DNA of 64,000 nucleotides from the NCBI GenBank assembly GCA_012295275.1, contig CM022667.1, forward strand, positions 3,596,001 to 3,660,000. Reading direction: 5' to 3'. The position numbers and the translations under genes are program-made. The first letter of the stretch is position 1, and each line of letters opens with the position of its first letter. This document shows positions 54,157-64,000 of the stretch, piece by piece. The stretch is from Chrysomallon squamiferum. Taxonomy: Eukaryota; Animalia; Mollusca. The notes beneath the pieces are model-generated. The model saw only the letters and a program-made list of their open reading frames with translations. It ran no database searches and was not told where the DNA came from.

Positions 54157-57100
54157 TGAAGATGTGTCTATTATGCATGAGTATGTATAAAATTTGAGTA
54201 ACATTCAGAAGTTACAGGTTTTTGTTTCTTTTGTTGTTGGGGGAATTGTATTTTGGGGAGATTGTTTATATTTTTATTATTTATTTATTTATTTTTTTTA
54301 TAATTTCTTGTGGTTGTGGTTTTGTTTCTGTTTTATTTTTTTGATTTTTTAAAATTTTAATTTAATTTTTTTCTTAACAATCTGTGTTGTTTACTATTTT
54401 TTTAGTTTTAAAATCAGTTATTAATTATTTTTTTTAACCTTTATTTTTATCATTTAATTTTCTTGCACAAAGAAGTACATTAACAAACTTTATGAAAATA
54501 CCATATACAAAATTTGATTACAAAAAAAATATTTTTTTTTTAACTTTTTTTTTTGCATAGACTGTACACACATTAATTTCTTCATTTAAATCCATCCATT
54601 AAGCCTTGATAAAGTCTATTAAACAAATACGTAACAGACTTTTTGTGTGCTCTCCCCCCAAAAAAAAAAAAAAAAAGACACGATGAAGTTATGGAGCAGA
54701 ATTAGTATTAGTTCGTGTGACCTTACAGCAGATAATAAAAAATCATTAGACGCAATTAATCAAAATTCCGAGTTTGTGCATGACGGAATTTCCAATTAGC
54801 CGATTTTAATTTAATTAGAAACGAGATGAAGCTTTGGAAATCTTCAGTGACAGACGTGTTTTTCTTAATTATATTTAATTTCTTTCCTTTTTTTTAATTT
54901 TTATTTTTATTTTTTTTATTATTAATTATTTTTATTTTATTTTGTATTATTTTGTGAAAAAATATTACAGACGTTATGAAATGTTGCTTTGTCTAATTAA
55001 ATAATTTGTATATTCGTTTAGTTACCGATTTAGCAGTTCTCAGATGCAGTTTTAGAAACTAGTTTTACTAGATTTAATTTTGTTTTTTTTGTTTGTTTGT
55101 TTGTTTTTAATTCTAAAATATTTCAGATTATAAAAATGTTTAATGGTGTAATTAAAAGTTTAATTAGAAATTGGTGTAGCTTTCGGGAATTCTCTGTTGT
55201 AGTTTTTAAGAACTGGTTTCCCAAATCTTTTAATTTTTTGTTTGAGTTAAAAAAAAAATTGATTTTAATGTCTAATTCAAGATTTGAGAATTCTCAATTG
55301 CAATTTTAAAAACTAGTAATTATTTTTGTGTTATTATTATTACTTTTTTTTTAAATTCTATTATAATTTATTTATTATTATTATTTGTTATTTTAGGTCA
55401 CAAATATTGCAGAATTATAATGCAGAATTTTTTTTTTTTCTTCGGAATTCTTGTGTATCATTTGCTCTATTAAAAATTAGATTTGCTGTAGACAAATGAT
55501 TAGTCAAAAATAGAGATAGATATATATATAGATAGACAGACAGACAGACAGATAGATGGATGTTTTTAATGATGTGATTTTAGGAATAAAGAGCTTGTAG
55601 CTTTTCAGAATTACTGCTCTTTAAAACTTTTTTCTTTTTTTTTTCTTCTTCTTATTTTTCTTATTTTGCTGTATTTAATCTTTTTATATATATATTTTTT
55701 AAATATCAATATATATATACATACATAAAGACTAAATACAGAATGAATAATGTTCTCTAAATTTAAATTTTTATAATTTATGTATATTTTGATACTTACA
55801 TGTCTCATTTTGTCAGCTGTTTCTGCTAATTAGATTTTTCTCTGTTTAATATTTTTGTAAGTTATTTTTTTTTACCATTATTATTATCCATTTTTTTTTT
55901 TTTTAAAATTAGAATTAATTGTGTGTATGTTTGTTAATTACAGAGCTTGTACCTTCAGGGAAATTCTCAAATGTCATTTACAACTTCTGATAATTAGTTT
56001 AATATTTAATCTTTATTTATCTGTTTGGGTTTTTTCATTATTATTACATTTTTCTTGTTAATGTTTTATTTTAATTTTTTTTATGCAGATATGTAAAATT
56101 AATTTTAATTAAATTAATTACATTTGAGAACTTCATAAAACAGATTACAATTTACAATGTGTATATATATATATGTATATACTTACTTTTGGGTAATTTA
56201 TTATTGTCTTAATTAAACTAAATTAGTATACACTTCTTAAATATTATTTTCAAATTTCAAGTTATACAGACAAGACAAAAAATAAAAGTTATTTATGGAG
56301 AATAACTGTGTATGAGTGTGTGTTTGTGTGTGTGTGTGTATGTGTATGTCTGTGTGTTAGTGTGTGTGTTAATTAAAATAAAGCTTTAGGAAACACATTC
56401 ATGTCGGGTTGGAATTCATTTAATTATTTTTTATGTCTTTAAATACATTTTTGTATTTTTATTTTAAGTTTATAGTTGTAAGAAAACTGACAAGAAAGAA
56501 ATAAGGAGTGTAGTCATTGGGACAGATGTTGTGTTTTTGTTAATATAAAAGTAATTAATGTTTATTTTCAAACCTGTTTTGAGTAAGTTTCTTTTTAGAA
56601 AGTTTATATTTATCTGGTGTATTTTTGTCTTATCTGTGTATTTTTTAGTGTGTTTGTGTGAGAGTGTGTATGTGTGTGTACATGTGTGTGTGTGTGTGTA
56701 TGTGTGTGTGTAAGAGAGAATGAGGTGTGTTTCTGAGAGTGTGTGTGTATGTCTGAGAGTGTCTGTGTGTGTGTATGTCTGAGTGTCTGTCTGTGTGTAT
56801 GTCTTTGTTTATGTTTATAATTACACACACACAGATTATATTGACATACAAACACTAAATAAATAAAGACATATAAAACAGACACACACACACACATGCA
56901 TATACGCATTTATATAATTACAATGTAAAAAACTCTATAAAACACACATACACACACTTGTATGCAAGTGTTCGGATAACAATACAGTGAATAATCAGCA
57001 ACCAATTCACAAAAACACTCTGTGCCTTTCTCTGCTGTATCAGTTCTGTTTGCATCAGTTTGTAAAAGTCTTTTTGTTTTTTTTTCTAACAATCCACACC

Positions 57101-57875
57101 ACTCACCACTGACTGCCAGCAAAAGGGTTAATTACACAATCTCGGCTCTGGATACTTAATAAGAGTTTATGGATCACGTTTGTAATGGATAATTGCATTT
57201 CTTAGTCGGAGCTGCAGACAACGATCAATAGAAACAAAAAGAGTGGAATTCTGCAGGCAGCCTGCAATTAACAGAATGGCATTAATTAGACCATCGATAA
57301 CCTTAATTACATACTCAGCCGCGATATTAATTTCAAACAAGAAGGAGAAGGAGAGGACAAAGGAGCCGATGTTAAAAATAGACAATGGTACTTTTCAAAA
57401 AGCCTGACTGTGGCAATGGTTCTAATCGGATTATTTATTTATTATTATTATTAAAAAAATAATAATAATTAAAAACTTGTCATAGCTGGGTTTTTTTTAA
57501 ATAGATCAACAGCAGACTGGATATATATTTCTTTTTTATGAAAAAGATATATTTAACCCCCCACCACCAAAAAAAACAAAAACTTGTCTAACTGCTCTGG
57601 AGAAATTAATTTTCGCTGGTTCTTTTCATATCTGTAATTTCACAAAAGGCTGATAAATGAGCGAGAAGGCCTTTGAAGCTAATTCTTGTTGACATACGCT
57701 GATAGTTTCTGCAGAGGTATGTAGCATTCGATACTTTGTATACACGCCAGTTTGATCTGAAATGGTAAATAAGATAACGCTGGTATGTTTCTGTGCAGGC
57801 AGAGGTGGGGGGAGGGGGGGCAGGCAGTTATGAATGGTCTTTGTTACCCACCTTCCTCCCCCCCCCGCATTTCAC

Positions 57876-57921
<46 letters not shown>

Positions 57922-58878
57922 TTCATCTCCATCACACAATCAGGCTTATACTTTAACCCACAGATCCAGAGTGGAGAAAATGATTATTTTCAAAATGCTC
58001 AGATTGTGATACAAGATATATAGAAACTTGATCTGAGTCAGCCAGTTTTCTGAAATTGCAGTTATTTTTATATTATCTCTTTTGTCCATTTCTTCCTGTT
58101 CTTGTGGAGGTTTGGGTAATTTTTTTTATTTTTTATTTTTATTTTTTTTTTGTAATTGTAATTCTGTATGTATTTTATGAAAAGTTTGTTTTGTGAATTA
58201 TAATTTATTTATAATATGTAATTCTGTCAGAATTATCAAATTATTTTGTTTCTGGAAACTGGGTTTATTTATAATTTGGCCTACATTATTATTTTTTTTT
58301 AATGTTAGTCTCAAAAATAATCACAAGCTGTTTATAATTTTCCACCGAAATCATTTAAAAATCTAGTTTTTGTAAATTATATTATTTTGAATACATTTAT
58401 TAATTTCCTTTTAAAATTAAATAAAATGTATGCTATGAATGTAAAATCAAGTTTTGTTAAGTTTCATCTCTCATGGAATGTTTTAATCTGCTACATCAGA
58501 ATTTCTTTTTAAATAAATTTTCTTACAGGAGAAATAAATTAAAATGGAGTACATATGCACTGAGTCAAATTTTACATTAATATAATTCATTTGTTTTGAT
58601 TTATGTAAAAATTTGTTGGTTTTTTTTTTAAATTAAACATAATCCATGGCAACATGTGTTTCAGAAGTTAGTCTTAGAAAATAAATATCTATTCTTTAAT
58701 GCATAATTATAGATAATGGTATTTTTCTTTTCTTATTTTTTCAAATAGTATTCCTATCTCATATTTCATTCAACTTTGTAATTATCAACTGACATCTTCA
58801 AAGCTTAATCACAGCATTTTTTTTCTCTATATCAGTGATTAAATTAAAATTTCTTTTATACAAATATATGTATGTATT

Positions 58879-58917
<39 letters not shown>

Positions 58918-59099
58918 AGAATAAGAATGAGAGAGAGAGAGAGAAGAATGAGAGAGAGAGAGAGAATAAGAAAAGAAAGAGAGAGAGATCAGAAAGAGAC
59001 AGCTTCAGTGATAGATTTATCAAAAAAATCCATGTTTTTAAAATAAATTAAAACAAATAAAATAAATAAAAAGAAAAATCCATTTTATTATCAGTGATA

Positions 59100-59151
<52 letters not shown>

Positions 59152-60388
59152 TCCCTCCTTCTCAGCACAAAACATTGGACACATTTGTTTTCCAACTACT
59201 TGAATTAAACAAAGCACTCAGCAATTTAAAAACATGCATTTGTCTTTTCTTTATTTTTGTCCCCATTCACTATTTTTAAACATTTTAAATGACTGAGATG
59301 AGAGGGAGGCTATGACCATTTGACCTCAGATAAAAACCATTCAACAGTTTGCACATGTTAACTACCAGAAGAAGACAGGAGGGAGGGAGGGGCAATTTAA
59401 AATAAGCAGAGGAGGGGGGTGTTAAGGAATGGAGGATGATTACAGGAAGGAGAGTCTCCTAAAAAGGACTGAACAGGTCAGTTTCCGAACTCATCTAGAA
59501 AACAGATAATTTATGAAGTACATTAAGAAACAATAAACAAAAAAAATAAATAAATAAATTAAAATAATCGACTGTTTATCTACTACTGCTACTACTACCG
59601 GAAAGTTTTTGAGGAAATTTTGTTTTCTAACTTCAACCCAATATTTTTTTTTTAAATTTTTTTTTTTTTTTTTTTTTTTTACTGATGTTAATTCATTGTC
59701 AAGAGTTTTCCGATTGCACTCAGCTGGGATCCAGTTTTAATGTCTGCTAGCGGTGGGACCGATAAGAATGATTGATAGACGCCTAAATTAACTCCGATAA
59801 CTAAGTCACTTATTAAAACCGTTTTGATAAGGTAAAATGGGTGCTGGTGGGTCGGTTGGAGGGTGGCTGGGGGTAGGAGGGGGGCAGCTTGTTTTAACCT
59901 GCTGGGGGGTAGGTGTTTTTTTTTTTTTTTTTTTTTTGTTGAGGTATGTGTAAGTGGTGGTGGGGTGGGGGGAGGGGGAGAGGTGATTAGAGTTAGTTTA
60001 CCTGTCTGAGGAGTTTTTGATAGATTACCTGTTTCTCTGTTAACCGATGATGTTAAATTTATTAATTAATTTAGAGGTGTTTTTTTTAAAACTTATTTAT
60101 TTACTTTATCTTTCTGTCTATATATCTGCCTATCTGTCATAATATATATATATATATATTACAGTTATTATCAGTGATTTAATACTTTACTATTACCATT
60201 AATATTACTACCACCACTACTGCTGATAGTACTATATTTTTATTTATCATTATCATCAGCATCATCGTTATTTTATTAGTACTGTTATTTATTATCATCA
60301 CCATCATTATCATCATCGTCATCATTTTATTAGTATTATTATTTCTTATCATCACCATCATCTTCAACATTATCATCTTCATCTATTG

Positions 60389-60440
<52 letters not shown>

Positions 60441-60475
60441 AATTTTTATTATTATTGCTGTTGTCATTTTTACAG

Positions 60476-60640
60476 ATGGAGACAGGGAAACACCAGACAC
60501 TACAACATCAGGTGTTGAAACGTCGCCGGAGGCAGCAACAGAAAAACATCTACAGCTGGAGCTGCACCCACACAACAAAATCACAGTTTCTTCTTCTACA
60601 TCTGTTACTGACGCAGTCGGCTCAAACACATTCTCCAGCA
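60476..60640 (+). CDS. ZFHX4: Internal ZFHX exon, 165 nt, phase 1/1, encoding a low-complexity linker (DGDRETPDTTTSGVETSPEAATEKHLQLELHPHNKITVSSSTSVTDAVGSNTFSS)
   Basis: Acceptor ttgtcatttttacAG, donor A|GTAAGC at 60641, length a multiple of 3, and an open frame that joins 24479 to 62118. It has no conserved domain, so the support is structural only. Confidence 0.72.
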
Positions 60641-61094
60641 GTAAGCACTTCCTGTTCTCCATGGCAACTCTTTCTCTTTATGTAACAATATAATTAGGGA
60701 CAGATCAACAAGACATTTTAAAAAAAAAAAATGTTAAGGTGGAGTTTTAATATTACAAAATCATAATGGCATCTTTAGCCCAGTTCTGGAACAGACTCTA
60801 ATTTTATATATATATATATATATATAGATAGATAGATAGATAGATAGATATTTTATAGATATAGATATCCCCAAATCTCCATCTACCTTCACAAATCCTT
60901 ATCCTTTTTATTTTCACCTCCATGTTGTATTTTCACTTTTTTTATTTTTACCCCAGTCTCAAGTTTCAGAACCTTTTCTCCTGAAAGTCTGACATTTTCT
61001 TGTAACTTCAGACTCTTGGGACTTGATATTTGAATTGTTGTTGTTCCACTGATGAAAAGCTTGCTGTGAAGATGATAACAAACACCTATGAGGA

Positions 61095-61144
61095 TGTGTG
61101 TGTGTGTCTGTGTGTCTCTGTGTGTGTGTGTGTGTGTGTGTCTC

Positions 61145-61230
<86 letters not shown>

Positions 61231-61255
61231 TGTGTGTGTGTGTGTGTGTGTGTGT
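61095..61255. repeat. Long interrupted (TG)n microsatellite
   Basis: Seen directly in the sequence. Confidence 0.95.
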
Positions 61256-61532
61256 TCATTTTTCCTGAAAGTTTTTTTATTTTGTTTTTTATTTCGCTCT
61301 AGAACTGTTGCTGCTTGCCAGTATTGTTTTAGAACAGATCCACGAAAGTTTCCTGTTTGTTTATTTTGTGTTAAGACAGGGATTCACTTTCTGTTAAATG
61401 TCATTCAGTAGTTTTGGGAAGACTCTCCTCTGTTAAATATGTTATTTTGGGGGTTTTTTCATTCTTTTTATGGCAGCATGAACAGTTGCTACAAGTTTAT
61501 TATAATTATTTATTATTATTTATTATTATTTT

Positions 61533-61587
<55 letters not shown>

Positions 61588-62117
61588 GTTATTAGATATA
61601 TCGAGAACAAATAATAAACATTCTTCAGTGTAATGGAATAAAATACACAAATATTATGAATTAAGTATTAATTTTCTGCAATAATATTTGTAATTTTCAT
61701 CTATTTGATTTTGTAAATTAAATAACAATATTTAAATGTCAACCTTCATGTTTACAGTCCAGCTGTAAAACTGTTTCATTACAGAGTCTTAATCAGACTT
61801 TGTTCTTCTTCTTTTTTCTTTTTTTTCAAATTACAATTTATTCTGATGAATATTTTCAAGAATTTATTTCATGTCAAATTATATATATATATATATATAT
61901 AATATGGCTTGTTTGGATTGGGAAATAAATGAACAGATTTGTTAAAACAAGATTGATTGTCTGTGAAGTCATTGTAATCACAGAACTTAGATGTACAGTT
62001 GGCAGAAAACGTGAATTTGTATATATAACACAGACACACACACATATATATGTACACACCTACACACACACACACGTACACACACACATATAAATATACT
62101 GTCATTGGTTCTTTCAG

Positions 62118-62546
62118 ACCACAGTAGCAATAACGTCGCCAAAGGCCAAACCTATTCTTGTCCGCACTGCAACTACAGCAGCAGCTGCGAAGACGTGGTC
62201 GAAGAGCACATAGTGACTCAACACGAGGAGCTGTCACGGAGGTTGCCGTGCCCGCTGTGTCAGGATGAACACAAGAAGAGGTCTGACCTGGAACTGCACC
62301 TCGTGCAGGCCCACAATGTCAAACCCGAGGGACTACAGCGCATCCTCAGCATCATCGACATCCCAGACAACCACAACCATGTCTCCGCAGCAACCGAGTT
62401 GCCATCATCAACGTCATCATCGTCTTCATCGTCAACATCATCCTCATCATCGTCAGCATCCTTGGAGTATCAGAATCTTGATGAAATGACACGCATTGAT
62501 CTGGAGCATATGGAGAACGACCATGCAAAGATTGTCGACGAAGAAG
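62118..62546 (+). CDS. ZFHX4: Internal ZFHX exon, 429 nt, phase 1/1, with two C2H2 zinc fingers
   Basis: Fingers YSCPHCNYSSSCEDVVEEHIVTQH and LPCPLCQDEHKKRSDLELHLVQAHNV. The CPLCQD...LE.HL...H.V pattern matches the next ZFHX finger pair. Acceptor ggttctttcAG; donor G|GTAAAT at 62547. Confidence 0.9.
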
Positions 62547-63672
62547 GTAAATGGGGCTGTGAAGAGTGGATGGCTGTGTAGTTGTAGTTCTAGTAGTAGT
62601 AGCAGCAGCAGCAGTAGTTGCAGTAGGAGAGATGGCTGTGAGCAGAATGATGCTATAAACAAAATTAGTTCCCCCACCCAAAAAAAAAAAAAATCAAAAG
62701 AACTTGATCAGAAGAAAAAAAAAAAAAAAAAAAAAAAAGAGAAACACCTAAGATATTGTAAATGTTTTATAAAAAAAAAAAAAAAAAAAAAATATGGTAA
62801 GTGTGGGGAAATATCTTTTAAAAATACCCTGTAAAATGATTTTAAAAAAAATTCCTCTGGACTGCAATTTCAACTGTTTAAATTATCAATCATGTCTGCT
62901 CTCCCCCCCTTCCACCTTAGTCCCCCCGCCAGCCAGCCGTGATTTTGCATTAATACGTAGTCTCGTTTCAAGTGCTACATTTAGTCTATATATAAGTATT
63001 TGTTGTTATTTACAGATGTCTTGTATTTTTTTTTTTTTTTTTTTTCCTGCTTAGCTGCAGTTCATTAGCAGATTGGAATGTCGTCATCAAACATTTGTCA
63101 CAAATGTTTAGTATTACATCTGTTTATCTGTTTATTTTAACCTTAAGTCGGCTGTGTTAGTTTGTGAAAACTGCCATTTCTCGTTCTCAAGGTATCGGTC
63201 TTTGTTGTTTTCAAATCACTGTCTTCTGTATATTTGTACCTATTATTTTATCCTTGTTTAAAGCAGTATGTCTAATTTAAAACTATTTGCTGGGATTTTG
63301 GATTTTTTTAGTACGTTTTTTTGTTGTTTTTTTACTGTCAAGATCTTTGTAATATTTTGATAATGAATGAATACTGACGAAATAATTTGAAAGTGTCGAA
63401 GCTTAGAAACATCATTGATTAATATATTTATTTTATAATTTATTAATAGATAATTGTAAAATAAATAAAAATATTAAGTTAAACAAAATTATTGTTTTAA
63501 TATTATGTTATGATATTTTAAGATATATTATAAATTTTTTGAGATTTTAAAAATGTATTAATAGTAAGATTTAAAGATTCATTCTTTTCATTTTTCTAAA
63601 ATTAATTTGAAAATTTATGATCAAGCAGAATTATTATGATTTTCATATTTACTACTGTAGCTATCATTATTA

Positions 63673-63718
<46 letters not shown>

Positions 63719-64000
63719 CTATAAGTACTGCTACTACTACTGCTACTATTATTATGCTACTCCTGTCTATACTACTACAATTACTATTATTAATAATACT
63801 ACTATTACTACTATCGCTATTATTGTTATTATCATCATTGTTATTAGCATCAATATGATTATTATTTGGTTTATATTGTAAATTCATTTATTGATTTGAA
63901 ATGCTAATTTGTATTCAGTTTTATATCCTATCATCATTCTCAGTCAAAAACTAAACTAAATGTAGATGAAAATGGGATTGAAAAGAGATAGATGTGTGTG

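Larger units (their letters stand above)
24480..60475 (+). other. ~36 kb GT-AG phase-1 intron of the ZFHX gene
   Basis: The flanking donor and acceptor are phase-compatible, and I found no conserved coding sequence inside. Small unrecognised exons cannot be excluded. Confidence 0.7.

Overview
This is AT-rich, microsatellite-dense animal genomic DNA; a lophotrochozoan such as a mollusc is my inference from sequence style only. The window holds the 5' part of one + strand gene of the ZFHX3/ZFHX4 (ATBF1, Drosophila zfh2) zinc-finger homeobox family. A ~3.2 kb first coding exon (21243-24479, ATG at 21300) is followed by a ~36 kb phase-1 intron and two phase-1 exons (60476-60640, 62118-62546). The homeodomains are not in the window. 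The large exon is broken by five frameshifts, mostly at homopolymers or short repeats, which look like assembly errors rather than pseudogenisation. The rest is non-coding: a candidate 5'UTR exon with promoter (~7.6-8.35 kb), many CpG-containing islands of complex sequence with clustered transcription-factor motifs, two AG|GT sites resembling recursive splice sites, several minisatellites and abundant simple repeats. Almost all other ORFs in the track are translations of simple repeats. I found no rRNA, tRNA, CRISPR array or recognisable transposon ORF, and no convincing new biological system. The best leads are regulatory and splicing hypotheses.
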